NCBI GenBank assembly: GCA_046080605.1
Contig: JBJTUH010000088.1
Coordinates: 10,028 to 74,027 of the forward strand
Length of the DNA: 64,000 bases
Direction: 5' to 3'
Source of the DNA: Vampirovibrionales bacterium
GTDB lineage: Bacteria > Cyanobacteriota > Vampirovibrionia > Vampirovibrionales > JAJTHC01
In this document: positions 43,951 to 54,032 of the stretch, piece after piece
Position numbering within the stretch: the stretch's first letter is position 1
How the letters are laid out: every line of letters starts with the position of its first letter
Notes under the pieces: generated by a model
The model's input: the letters and a program-made list of their open reading frames with translations, nothing else
Database searches by the model: none
Told to the model about the DNA's origin: nothing
Position numbers and translations under genes: made by a program

Positions 43951-44205
43951 GTGATAACCATGCCACTGATTGTCCTTCCTTCTACTCCTGCAACCCAACA
44001 AGCCAGTGCGTACTTGAAAAGTCTTGAGATTGACCATCAGTGTATTCCCATGCCACCACGGTTGAACTATACCAATGGTTCTAGTCTTGCCATTTATACC
44101 ACTGCCTTCAATGCTCAAGCACTTTCTACGCTACTTACCCAACAGCGTTTTGTGGTGATGCGGGTGTTTAAAGACTTTGTGCTACAACCTGGCGATGTTT
44201 CCTAG
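43951..44205 (+). CDS. Small hypothetical protein, possibly translationally coupled to the downstream SBP gene
   Basis: 84 aa ORF ending 11 nt before the 44217 start. No recognisable domain. Could be spurious. Confidence 0.25.
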   Translation: MITMPLIVLPSTPATQQASAYLKSLEIDHQCIPMPPRLNYTNGSSLAIYTTAFNAQALSTLLTQQRFVVMRVFKDFVLQPGDVS

Positions 44206-44216
44206 CGAAGGAATCT

Positions 44217-45719
44217 ATGATGACTTTATTGAAGTCTTTAGAGGGCGTTTTATGCCTGAGAACCACGGCTTTTTGTGCTTGGGTGTTATTATTGGGTGTC
44301 TTGACGATGAGCTTAGTGGGGTGCGAAGGTAAGGTTGCCTCTAGCACACATCCTGTGGCTCCTGTACAGACGCTCACGTTATGGACACTCCAAATGGGGT
44401 CTTTTTCCGAGGTATTACGCCCCAGTCTTCAACGATTTGAAGCAACACACCCATCCGTGAAAGTGCATTGGGTGGATATCCCCTTTCAAGATGCTGATAA
44501 AAAGCTTGTGGCAGCGGCTTTGGCACATCGTCTTCCTGATGTCGTCAATCTGAATCCTGATTTGGCACGATTACTCGCTGAAAAAGACCTGTTAACCCCC
44601 TTGTCTTTGAAAAATGACACGCTCCCAGTACCTCTGAAACAAAGTGTTTCTTGGGGTATTACGACAGAGACCCCATCGTTTGACAAGGGGTTTGCCTATC
44701 CTTGGTATTTAACCAGTCAGTTAAGTATGGTGAATACCGTAACGGCTTTGAGGCATTCGGCAACAGGGACGCCTCCTTGTCTTCCTGCGTGGGAGACCTC
44801 TAAGCCTATACACGATGCTTCTTCTGAAAAACGCTATTGGATGATACCGAGTCTTAGTGAAAGTGGCACCTTACTGAAGCAGCTTTGGCTCATGGGAGAA
44901 CATCCTTTTGTACGTAAGCGTGTGGGTGCAACCTCTTCTGAGAGCGTGTCTGTGTTACTACCTCATATTGATTCTCCCATGTTTCTTGCGTTATTGCGTG
45001 CTTGGTACCTTGTTTATCATCAAGGGGGTATTCCTCCTGAAAGCCTCAACACCTATAAATCATACAGTGCAAGTATGTTTTTACAACAGCGTAGTCATGT
45101 ACTAGCGGCAGGTAGTAGTTTTTTGAATGTGCTGCAAGCCAATCAACCCGCCATGGCTTCTTCGTTACAGATTTTACCTCAGTGGAAGCCCTGTCTTTTT
45201 CAGGGTTTTTTACGAGCCAATGCTTTATCTGATAGTGTCATCCGTCCAAGGTCCCAGCGGTATGACTTTTCCCCTATGGTGCTTGCTGTGCCTCGTGCTA
45301 CGCAATATGAACGGCATTACGGTCGCCCGCATCCTGCGTCGACGGCACTGATTGCTCATTTGACGAACACGTTGGAACAACGTAGCCTTATACAAGCTTT
45401 GCCCGTCTTGCCTGTAAGACGTAGGTTGTTAGAAGCCTTAGCACAAGGGACGCAAGAACCTTTGGCTCAGGTCACTCAGACTCCTATGCACCCTGCGTTT
45501 GAACCGTTGAGAAAAAAAGCTTCACAACAAGGGGCTTGGCAGGTGCTTCATACACAAGAAAGCTATCCTAATGTGCCTCAGCAGGCTTGGTTGCATCAGC
45601 AAGTGGATATTTTGGTGCAGGAAGCCCTTTTAAGCCCCAGTATGGCACAGTTTCCTACATTAATTCAGCACACCCAACAGCGTATGCTCCAAAAGCTTCA
45701 AGAGGATACCCTTCCCTAA
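44217..45719 (+). CDS. Lipoprotein, ABC-transporter extracellular solute-binding protein (family 1)-like
   Basis: Lipobox LVGCEG. The VQTLTLWTLQMGSFSEVLRPSLQRFEATHPSVKVHWVDIPFQDADKKLVAAALAHRLPDVVNL pattern is typical of SBP_bac_1. No adjacent permease or ATPase genes. Confidence 0.45.
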   Translation: MMTLLKSLEGVLCLRTTAFCAWVLLLGVLTMSLVGCEGKVASSTHPVAPVQTLTLWTLQMGSFSEVLRPSLQRFEATHPSVKVHWVDIPFQDADKKLVAAALAHRLPDVVNLNPDLARLLAEKDLLTPLSLKNDTLPVPLKQSVSWGITTETPSFDKGFAYPWYLTSQLSMVNTVTALRHSATGTPPCLPAWETSKPIHDASSEKRYWMIPSLSESGTLLKQLWLMGEHPFVRKRVGATSSESVSVLLPHIDSPMFLALLRAWYLVYHQGGIPPESLNTYKSYSASMFLQQRSHVLAAGSSFLNVLQANQPAMASSLQILPQWKPCLFQGFLRANALSDSVIRPRSQRYDFSPMVLAVPRATQYERHYGRPHPASTALIAHLTNTLEQRSLIQALPVLPVRRRLLEALAQGTQEPLAQVTQTPMHPAFEPLRKKASQQGAWQVLHTQESYPNVPQQAWLHQQVDILVQEALLSPSMAQFPTLIQHTQQRMLQKLQEDTLP

Positions 45720-47671
45720 GAGAACTTTTCTAACAGATCTTCTTCTACTTCAGAGAGGTCATCTTCTAAGGATGGGAGCCGTTTCATAGGGCTTTCCTCA
45801 CTCTCAGACTCAAGGGTGTTTTGAGAGGCATCAAGTTCAGCCAGTGTTTGGTAACGGACTTTTTTGTGTGTAGGGATGGGAGCGTCTGCATGAATGATTT
45901 TAAGGACGTGGGTGGGCTTATCATCCACTCGGCACGCATCGCTTAAGGCAACCCCCGGAATCCATAACACTTGGTCATCCCCAGCGACTAATAGGGGCAA
46001 TGTGTCTCGAAGGTGTGCAGGTATTTTTTGGTTGATAAGATACCGTTTCAGTGAAACTGTCGTGGGCATGCCTAGTGGCATAAAACGGTCTCCTGTACGT
46101 CGAGGGCGTAAGGTTAAGGCCCAAGGATGGGTTTCATGGTCGGGTAACTCTTTTGCAATGTCCATCCACCACTCTAAGTTGACCATGACTTCAAACCCTT
46201 TACTTTTAAGGGTTTGCACGCTAAAGCGTTTTCGTTCGTTGTTAGAAATATCCCGAATAATCAGATTTTTCTTAAGGGTCTCATGAAAAAACGTGCCAGG
46301 TACACTGACAGGTAAACAATACGCTGGGTCTGGTATAATCACTTTTGTTTTAGACGTACTGGGGCATACAGAGGTAACGCTCAGCGTATCTCCTAGTACT
46401 CTCACGTATAAAGGGGTGGTGCCTGATGCTGATGAGGCTTGCTTTGCAGATAAAAGCTGGTATTTAGGGTGGTTGGTTGCCGTATCATACGAGGCTAAAA
46501 AGCGAACGAGCTTTTCCATTTCGGCTAAAGGAGGTTGCTCTCCTGCGTAGTAGGTGCTTAACCAGCATTGTAATAAACGCTTCTGGAGTCCTTGACTTAA
46601 GGGAGTTAAAAGGGATAGACATAAGTAAGGGTGAGAGCTTGTAGCTTGAAGTTGTGACAGTAAATGGGTATGTTTAGGGTGCTGTAATTGCTTTAAGCTT
46701 TGCTGTTCAAGTTGTACATAGTGTAAATGTAGCAACTCCTCTAGCCAGGTCATATCTTCTTTCACATGGTCTGTCAGGCGTAGCAGATGATGCTCAATCT
46801 CGGGGTACTCGCTTTGAATGAAAGGCAACAACTTATGTCTGACCCAGTTTCTAGGGTGTTGAGTGTCTTGATTACTGGGGTCTTCAAAGAAATAAATGCC
46901 TTCTGAGTGCTGGTAATGCACGAGGTCTTCTTTATCAATGGCTAAAAGAGGACGACCCAACGTCACCTGTAAGCCTTCCTCATTACGCATGGGACGCAGT
47001 GCTTGAATACCCTGAAGCCCAAAAAGCCCCGTCCCACGAAGCAGACGTAGCATGATAGTTTCAGCTTGGTCTCGTCGATGGTGTGCCGTCATGAGGATAT
47101 CACTTTGTAGTTGATGGGTGAGACGAATGAGTGCCTCATACCTTGCACTACGAGCCTTGGTTTCTGTGCGAGGGAGTGTTTTGTCTAGGGGGAGTACCAT
47201 TAACGGAATACGCCCTTGGGTACAGGTTTTATGAATACGTGGAAACTCAGGGGCAGGTGACCCACGCCAGCCATGGTCACACCATGCGGCAACAACGTGT
47301 AATCCTTTTATACCATGTTCGGGGAAGTTCAAGGCACGATACGCTTCTTGTAATGCGGGAGATTTGGCATAGGTAACCCCTTCTTGCAACGCTTTTAATC
47401 CGTGCAGCAACACACTCGAGTCAAGCCCCCCTGAAAACGCAACCACAACAGACACTTTTTCTTGCGTCTGAAGTAAAGGGTATACCATACGATAGAGTGC
47501 CTCTAAAACACGTTTTTCGGGTGACCCAACAGTGGCTTCTACAGGATGAGAGGCATCGAGCGATATCTGCTTAGTGTGTGGGGTCTCTGACGCTTGAGGA
47601 TGGGAGGATGCAGGCGTAGAAGATGGCTTTTTGAGGTGTTTAAAAAGGTCAAACATGAAAAAGAAAGGCAA
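45716..47671 (-). CDS. tilS: tRNA(Ile)-lysidine synthetase with a long C-terminal extension
   Basis: PP-loop VVVAFSGGLDSSVLLHGL in an N-type ATP pyrophosphatase domain. 651 aa. Confidence 0.7.
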   Translation of the reverse strand: MPFFFMFDLFKHLKKPSSTPASSHPQASETPHTKQISLDASHPVEATVGSPEKRVLEALYRMVYPLLQTQEKVSVVVAFSGGLDSSVLLHGLKALQEGVTYAKSPALQEAYRALNFPEHGIKGLHVVAAWCDHGWRGSPAPEFPRIHKTCTQGRIPLMVLPLDKTLPRTETKARSARYEALIRLTHQLQSDILMTAHHRRDQAETIMLRLLRGTGLFGLQGIQALRPMRNEEGLQVTLGRPLLAIDKEDLVHYQHSEGIYFFEDPSNQDTQHPRNWVRHKLLPFIQSEYPEIEHHLLRLTDHVKEDMTWLEELLHLHYVQLEQQSLKQLQHPKHTHLLSQLQATSSHPYLCLSLLTPLSQGLQKRLLQCWLSTYYAGEQPPLAEMEKLVRFLASYDTATNHPKYQLLSAKQASSASGTTPLYVRVLGDTLSVTSVCPSTSKTKVIIPDPAYCLPVSVPGTFFHETLKKNLIIRDISNNERKRFSVQTLKSKGFEVMVNLEWWMDIAKELPDHETHPWALTLRPRRTGDRFMPLGMPTTVSLKRYLINQKIPAHLRDTLPLLVAGDDQVLWIPGVALSDACRVDDKPTHVLKIIHADAPIPTHKKVRYQTLAELDASQNTLESESEESPMKRLPSLEDDLSEVEEDLLEKFS

Positions 47672-47720
47672 CCATTCTTGACTAAAATAAGTGAAAGACG
47701 AGAGGTGTCAATAAGATTTT

Positions 47721-48491
47721 TTAACGAGAGGTAAGTGAATAGGGCGAGCAAGTCATGAGACTATCGATGTACGTTTGCCAGCGTGTATCTTGGTATGGCA
47801 TGAGAGGGCATGTGGGGGATACTTCCAGAGGTATTGCTCCTTGAGGATATTTAGAAGGTATATCCGTAGTATACCACAGCTTTTCTCGTGTATCAGGACA
47901 GGAAAAAAGGGCATCGTCTATCAGGGGTATCCCCTCAGGATACCATATTCCTTGGTGTTTCAGTAGTTCGGCTAGCGGTGCGAGTACGAAGGGACGCTTC
48001 ATGATGTGTGGATGAGGCAAACGACACAAAGGGTCTTGTAGAGAGAGCCATGCTGTCGGTGTATCAACGGGTGCGTAAAGCCATAAGTCAATATCAATGG
48101 GGCGTTGCATTGCCTGAAGCTCAGCTTTGGAAACGTGTGGGATTCTGATGCGTCCCAGTGCTGCCTCTATGGCTAAGGCGTAAGACAGTAATGCTTGAGG
48201 AGTCAATGCGGTGCGTAACAGGATACCTGTATTTAAAAACCATAAAGGTGTATGTGAACTCAGGTGATGAGAGTCTGCTTCACGGGGGATGGAACCCCAT
48301 GTCATAGGGGTGTGAGCTTCAGGATGCCATGCGATGCTTTTGAACAATGAGGCAACAGAGATGACGCGAATATCAGGGTGTGTATCAAGCTGACCGAGGG
48401 TATTAAGAAACAGGTCAACTGTATCACCCACGTTACCCCCAAGCCCCATATAAGCCCATGACAAAGGAGATGCTTTCATACGATGGGTCAT
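47721..48491 (-). CDS. folK: 2-amino-4-hydroxy-6-hydroxymethyldihydropteridine pyrophosphokinase (HPPK)
   Basis: AYMGLGGNVGD ... pattern of FolK, with an extra C-terminal region of about 90 aa. Confidence 0.65.
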   Translation of the reverse strand: MTHRMKASPLSWAYMGLGGNVGDTVDLFLNTLGQLDTHPDIRVISVASLFKSIAWHPEAHTPMTWGSIPREADSHHLSSHTPLWFLNTGILLRTALTPQALLSYALAIEAALGRIRIPHVSKAELQAMQRPIDIDLWLYAPVDTPTAWLSLQDPLCRLPHPHIMKRPFVLAPLAELLKHQGIWYPEGIPLIDDALFSCPDTREKLWYTTDIPSKYPQGAIPLEVSPTCPLMPYQDTRWQTYIDSLMTCSPYSLTSR

Positions 48492-48510
48492 TCAAACAAG
48501 GAGGGAAAGG

Positions 48511-49539
48511 TTAAAACAGAGCAACCTTCATGCAAAAGACTGAACCCCCTGAAAGCACATATTCGCTGGTATTCACGGGGACAGGGATAAATCCTCTTTG
48601 CTTTAACATGGTTTCAGTGATTGTGTTGCCTTCCTGTAGGATGACGTGTTGACCATCAGGGCAGTGGGCATTGCAGGCAAATCCTGGAGAGTCCGCCTCA
48701 CTTAAAGGGACTTCAAGGACATGCGGAAAGAGTTGGTACAGTGCGTCAATTCCTTCAGTGGTAAAGGCTTCCAAGCAGGCTAAGACGGTCGTTTCATTGA
48801 GTAGGCTTAGGCAGGTATCTAGGTGGTAAAAACGGGGTTTTAATAACGCAAAGGTTACAATGTCTGTGTGTAACACTTGGCTTAACCACTCATAAATGCG
48901 TTGGCTGGTTCTGAAGCCATAGCCACCAAGAAGTAAGCGTCTCCCTGGTACCCAAAGTGCATCCCCCATGCCCTCAAAGTGTTCTTGTGCATACGCAGGA
49001 GGTATTTGTAGTGTACGGTATCCTATGGCTTCTAATCCTCGGCTGACTGCATCCACTTCCAGATGTCTTACAGGATTTGCCATATGGGATAGTACAGCGA
49101 CTTTTTCTCCGCAAGGCAGGAGTGCGGGTAATGCTTGGTTTGCGGCAAAAACCATATCAGGTAAATGAGGGGTGCAGGGTAGCACGCTAAGTGTGAGTGG
49201 CTGAGGGGCGTTTACGGCAATGGTTTCATAGGCTTCACGGAGTTTGTGCCATTGATAGTGGGCTAAGTCAAGGTTTGGGGTGTTGAGTTCCCCCGAGGCA
49301 TTTTGCATATGGGGGTTGATAGCGTCTTCTACTCGAAAAGCATCTGGGCGAATCATGCGAATATGACTTTGCCAAGCCATGGCGGGAAAAGAGCGTGCTT
49401 CAGGGAGAACAGCGTGAGGTGTTTCTTGGGTGTGCCATACGGTATGCATCATGAGGGAAATGTCCTTTATTGAGTCCACGGGTAAGAGAGAGTAAGGATT
49501 GGGGGAGTTAAGGTCACTAAGGTTTGTTGAATAAACCAC
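48511..49539 (-). CDS. Amidinotransferase-superfamily protein (DDAH / arginine deiminase-like)
   Basis: C-terminal SGGSVFCMK resembles the catalytic Cys of DDAH/ADI/AGAT enzymes. Fold-level call only. Confidence 0.45.
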   Translation of the reverse strand: MVYSTNLSDLNSPNPYSLLPVDSIKDISLMMHTVWHTQETPHAVLPEARSFPAMAWQSHIRMIRPDAFRVEDAINPHMQNASGELNTPNLDLAHYQWHKLREAYETIAVNAPQPLTLSVLPCTPHLPDMVFAANQALPALLPCGEKVAVLSHMANPVRHLEVDAVSRGLEAIGYRTLQIPPAYAQEHFEGMGDALWVPGRRLLLGGYGFRTSQRIYEWLSQVLHTDIVTFALLKPRFYHLDTCLSLLNETTVLACLEAFTTEGIDALYQLFPHVLEVPLSEADSPGFACNAHCPDGQHVILQEGNTITETMLKQRGFIPVPVNTSEYVLSGGSVFCMKVALF

Positions 49540-49950
49540 AATGTTTTGTGAGGATTCGATTGAGTCAAAAGCTTATTGCTGTGGCGTTTCCCTTGAAAGG
49601 CTTACGCTATCGAAAAAAGTATATCGCAAAGCCTTGTATGGATGCGATATCTTTTTGAGACGATATGAGACGAATCGTCTCACACTGGCACGGTGTGTTT
49701 TGAAAGAACGGCTTGCATGAAGAGTGTCTCTTGCGTTAAAGTGTACATATCTCAGCATGGCAATAAAGTTTTCTCTGTCTATGGTATGACTTGAATCTTG
49801 CGTCGTTCTGACGCTCTCCTTGACAGTGTGAGAGTAAAAAGCTTTTTACTCCACGAGATTCTTTAGCTATTTTGTCAAGCAAGCTTTAAATTAAAGTGCT
49901 TTATGTTTTCTTTTATTTATGTTCTTTAGCATGTAAAAACAGAAAAGTGT

Positions 49951-50175
49951 TTGTGTCTTATGGCAGACAATCGCAAAAAACGTTGTTATTTCTCTTCTAA
50001 TCGTATTCAGTACATTGACTTCAAAGACGCTGCTTTGTTGCGTCGTTTTCTGACCGATAGTGGTAAAATCCTTTCTCGTCGTATTACAGGGTTAACTTCT
50101 AAGAAGCAGTCTGCTCTTAAAAACGCTGTGAAACGTGCCCGTGCTGCAGGCTTGCTTCCTTACACCATTACGTAA
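49951..50175 (+). CDS. rpsR: 30S ribosomal protein S18
   Basis: [60 protein letters not shown] is the S18 consensus. Confidence 0.85.
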   Translation: MCLMADNRKKRCYFSSNRIQYIDFKDAALLRRFLTDSGKILSRRITGLTSKKQSALKNAVKRARAAGLLPYTIT

Positions 50176-50313
50176 GTTGTGCTTCATTCGTTTGACGAGT
50201 GCTAAGGCTTAAGAAAGAGGATAAGATGTTTGGTCACTCTGTCCTCTTTCTTGTTTTTTGTTCAGGGTTAATTCTATTTTCTATTGTTTAAGCATAAAGT
50301 GTAGGTTGTTTAT

Positions 50314-50835
50314 ATGCTTGCTAAAGCGAGTACCCCCACGCAACCTTCTGGGGGAGCCAAACCTTCTACTCCCAAGAAAAAGCCTGCTTCTAAAACCATT
50401 GCAGTGAACCGCCGTGCGTACCACGACTATGAAATCCTTGAGACCCTGATGGCAGGTATTTCCTTGATGAGTAGTGAGGTTAAGTCTCTTCGGTTGGGGC
50501 GTTGCTCTTTAGGAGAAGGGTTCTGTCGAGTGCAAAAAGGTGAGATATTCCTTTTTGGGATGAGTATTCCTAAGTTTGAGCAAGCCACTTACAATAATCA
50601 TGACCCCGACCGTACCCGAAAGCTTTTATTACAGAAACTTGAAATTCGAAAACTTGCTGCGAAAATGCAACAAGATGGCTTAACGCTGATTCCTTTGAAA
50701 CTATTTTTTAATCGTTGCTGGGTCAAGGTTGAGCTGGGGTTAGCGAAGGGTAAAAAATTGGTTGATAAACGAGAGACGCTTAAACAAAAAGACCAAGCTC
50801 GTCAAATTGCACGTATTAAAAAGCATTTCCAATAA
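50314..50835 (+). CDS. smpB: SsrA-binding protein SmpB
   Basis: IAVNRRAYHDYEILETLMAGISLMSSEVKSLR ... C-terminal basic tail. N-terminal low-complexity extension. Confidence 0.85.
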   Translation: MLAKASTPTQPSGGAKPSTPKKKPASKTIAVNRRAYHDYEILETLMAGISLMSSEVKSLRLGRCSLGEGFCRVQKGEIFLFGMSIPKFEQATYNNHDPDRTRKLLLQKLEIRKLAAKMQQDGLTLIPLKLFFNRCWVKVELGLAKGKKLVDKRETLKQKDQARQIARIKKHFQ

Positions 50836-51027
50836 GTGCGTGTAACAATTTATCCGCTTTGTAACGCTTTAGGCTTTAGGGTGTCGCACTTAAAGATGCG
50901 TACCCGTTTAAGCTTATGCTACCCTTAGTACACGCTGTAACCTTATCCTAGAGGGTGCCTTCTTGTAGAAGAGGGTGATGGTGCTACAGGTATTTTGCGA
51001 TAAGCCATCATAGAGCTTGGTTGTCTA

Positions 51028-52644
51028 TTGCGTTTGATTACACTTAGAAAAAGTGTTATGGTTTCTTCACGGTTGAGCTTTCCACTACGTTCATCTTCTT
51101 TGGGTGTTGCGAGCTATCCTAGACGGGTTGGCATTCGTATGGGTCATGCTTTATCTCAGGCTGGAGATGGCTCAGAACCTTCTTCTTTTGCCAAATCTTG
51201 GCTCCGTGATGCAGAAGTATTCCTGAAGCAGTCTCACATCACGGGATCCCCTATGGCGTTGCCTCAAAGGGTAGCCTCTCAGGCTGAATCTGTGGGGAAT
51301 AAAATGCTTGAATTGAGTATTCCAAGCCTGCATTGGATTAAAAGTGGTCTCATTCAAACCATCATTGCCCTTGATGTGTTGGGTATTTGGATGCCTCGGA
51401 TTGGGGTTTCTTTGGTAAGAGGGGCATTGCCTTATGACCCTCAAAAAGATCCTGACTTAAAAACCATGTCTCCGTGGGATGCATGGCGAACAGGCAAGTG
51501 GCGACAATTGAAAGCACTGAATTGGCCTAACTTGGCAGAGGAAACGAATCGGGAGTTTGCATCAGGGCCTGGCTTTTACAGTATTTGTATTCTCAGTTAT
51601 TTGGCAGCGAGTAAATTTCTTTTTAAGGCGGGCGAACTGACAGGACTTCCTAATGCTCGTATGGCTCACCATATCTATCAATTAGATCATATGCAACACA
51701 CCCAAACGGAACGACTTCAAAAGGTCATGACCTCTCCCAAGGAGCATTTAAAACCTTTCCTTGAACATGTATTCACGCAACATGCCTCACCTGACACTTG
51801 GCCTGACGCATGGCGAACGCATCCGTTAACGCATCAAGGGCAACGGGTACCCCAAGCGCAAGCTTCAGCACTGTCTCAGACGACATTCCCTGACCTTGTA
51901 AAACGGTATGCCCATTTTGCTTCGGAAGTTACTCAACTTGAATGGCAAGACAAGGTGGTCTCTCATCAAGCACGTCAGAAGGTTCATCAAGGTTTATTGC
52001 AGTCAGGCAAGCTTACTGAAGAAGCTCCTCAAGCCTATAAAAAGCTTATGAAAGCAGGACTTCAGTATGCAGAAAAAGCGTTACACCAAGCGGTGATTAC
52101 ACTGAATGAAGACACTTCCCCCCGAGCCACACTTTATGCAAAAGACCATATCCCCGTACAAACATGGCAAGGACGTATGGGTGAGTGTGCTGTCTTACAT
52201 TCACAGACGTTACCTTTGGCACAATTACTCAAAGAACGCCAAGCGTTGGGAGATGTGTACCATACGTATCTAACCCATACCATGGCAGGTCAAAGTTTAC
52301 CTCTTCCCGAACTACTGCAAACAGCCTTGAGGCAGAAAGCAGCTGTGATTACGGCAGGGGTTGGACTTAATATTGCAATGCTTTTTGGATTGGCTTGGAT
52401 GGCACAACGTCATGCCGAATACCCTGCGAATCGTTTGCTTTATCGGCGTGAGTCACGCACATCTTCTTTATCTGAGCATTCAGATGCCATTCCCTCATCG
52501 GTTGCTACGAAAAAAGCACCGCATGAGCTATCGCATACGGGGGCTTCTTCGTTGGTGGTGTGGCGTGCTTTATCGAAGCCTTTACCTCAAGCACAAGTGC
52601 CTGAACCCCTTCCTGCTCGTTTCATGAATCCTGTACCCCAGTAA
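51028..52644 (+). CDS. Hypothetical membrane-associated protein
   Basis: 538 aa with 2-3 hydrophobic segments, Trp-rich, and a C-terminal TM followed by a Ser/Pro-rich tail. No recognisable domain. Confidence 0.35.
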   Translation: MRLITLRKSVMVSSRLSFPLRSSSLGVASYPRRVGIRMGHALSQAGDGSEPSSFAKSWLRDAEVFLKQSHITGSPMALPQRVASQAESVGNKMLELSIPSLHWIKSGLIQTIIALDVLGIWMPRIGVSLVRGALPYDPQKDPDLKTMSPWDAWRTGKWRQLKALNWPNLAEETNREFASGPGFYSICILSYLAASKFLFKAGELTGLPNARMAHHIYQLDHMQHTQTERLQKVMTSPKEHLKPFLEHVFTQHASPDTWPDAWRTHPLTHQGQRVPQAQASALSQTTFPDLVKRYAHFASEVTQLEWQDKVVSHQARQKVHQGLLQSGKLTEEAPQAYKKLMKAGLQYAEKALHQAVITLNEDTSPRATLYAKDHIPVQTWQGRMGECAVLHSQTLPLAQLLKERQALGDVYHTYLTHTMAGQSLPLPELLQTALRQKAAVITAGVGLNIAMLFGLAWMAQRHAEYPANRLLYRRESRTSSLSEHSDAIPSSVATKKAPHELSHTGASSLVVWRALSKPLPQAQVPEPLPARFMNPVPQ

Positions 52645-52682
52645 AGGGTTTCTATTTAATGTATTTTTAGTGGACTGTTATT

Positions 52683-53777
52683 ATGTCGTTTCAAATTACA
52701 CCCCCACAGTATCCTTTGGCGCATACCCTCTTTCATAGGGTTCCTCAACGAGTGAATGCTCTTAAGGCACATCATTTGGAAGCTGCCCAAAAGCTCGCAG
52801 GTACAACAGGGCGTAAGGTGATGAATGTTGTGTATGATACGGTCATTATTCCCACGACGACCAGTGACCCTATTCATGATATTAAATTGGGGAGTCGCTA
52901 CTTTAAGACATTACCCGCAGGAGCCACCATTACAGCCATTTTGGTGGGTGCGATTGGTGGTAGAAGCTTATTTGCTTGGTTACGAGCCCCTCTCAACCCA
53001 GCGGATGAGACCCATCCAAAACCACGCAAAGATTTAAGTGAATTATGGGATGTGTTGCGTCGTGATACGGTTGCACTAAGCATGATGCTTTTTACCCTTG
53101 ACCCTTTGTGTGATCGTGTGATGATACCGACCCTTGAAAAACTAAAGCATCTTCGCTTAACGCACCCCGTCACCAAGGCTCCCTTTGCGTTTACGGCATT
53201 ACAAGACATCTATGCTCTCCGTACACCAGCGTTGCTACACGCTTTCTTGGTGGATAAGTCTGACCACCATCGGGCATTTGACCATGCCATGAGGCAAGGA
53301 CTTGCCCGAGTACAGCTACAACGAGCTTCCGCTCCTGATACTGTCAAAAAAGTGCTTGCGACGCTTGAGGCTCAGTGGCACGAAACACAAGCCACCCTTC
53401 ATGTGTATCATGGATTAAAGGGGTATCAACAAGGTAAACTTTCTAAGGAGCTTTTACTCTCTGGGCTGTCTCCTGACCATCTCGCATGTTATCGGCAAGC
53501 TTCAGACCTTGCAGCCTTTCAGCAGGAAATACACCAAGCGCTCCAGATCCAAGTGAAACGATTATATGCTCAGTTGTTGGCGTTAGATCCTGTCCTGAAA
53601 GCACACGGGTTGCCTGAGGTGATGCCTCAAACTTGGGTCTCGCAGTATGCTCGTCGTAGTATGGCCCCAGCCTATCTTGGTGCCATTGCACTTTCGACTC
53701 TCCTTGTGGGTGTCGCACCCGTATGGCTGAATAAGCTTTTGGGGGAGCGTCAAACACAAGCACGTCCCATCACATAA
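52683..53777 (+). CDS. Hypothetical membrane-anchored protein with architecture similar to the 51028..52644 product
   Basis: 364 aa. TM near residue 85 (ITAILVGAIGG). Helical middle. C-terminal TM (AYLGAIALSTLLVGVAPVWL). 38-nt gap from the upstream gene. Confidence 0.35.
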   Translation: MSFQITPPQYPLAHTLFHRVPQRVNALKAHHLEAAQKLAGTTGRKVMNVVYDTVIIPTTTSDPIHDIKLGSRYFKTLPAGATITAILVGAIGGRSLFAWLRAPLNPADETHPKPRKDLSELWDVLRRDTVALSMMLFTLDPLCDRVMIPTLEKLKHLRLTHPVTKAPFAFTALQDIYALRTPALLHAFLVDKSDHHRAFDHAMRQGLARVQLQRASAPDTVKKVLATLEAQWHETQATLHVYHGLKGYQQGKLSKELLLSGLSPDHLACYRQASDLAAFQQEIHQALQIQVKRLYAQLLALDPVLKAHGLPEVMPQTWVSQYARRSMAPAYLGAIALSTLLVGVAPVWLNKLLGERQTQARPIT

Positions 53778-54032
53778 AACGTCATAGAGGTGGGGTGGGT
53801 GACAGTGTTTCGTATCTGATGGTTTGGTAAAAAAGGGGTTCTCAAGGTATACTAAAAGCATTCAAATGCGGTGACGCATCGTGGTTTACCCTTTTTTCGA
53901 GCAATGTCAGTGGGTCATGCAGAGTATCGTGTGACACTTTTTTCACCTCTCTGTCTATCTCTCTTTCCTGACCGATAGATCTCTGATGTATACCTACGTT
54001 TTATTCCTTTTATTTTTTAAGAGACCGTTACA

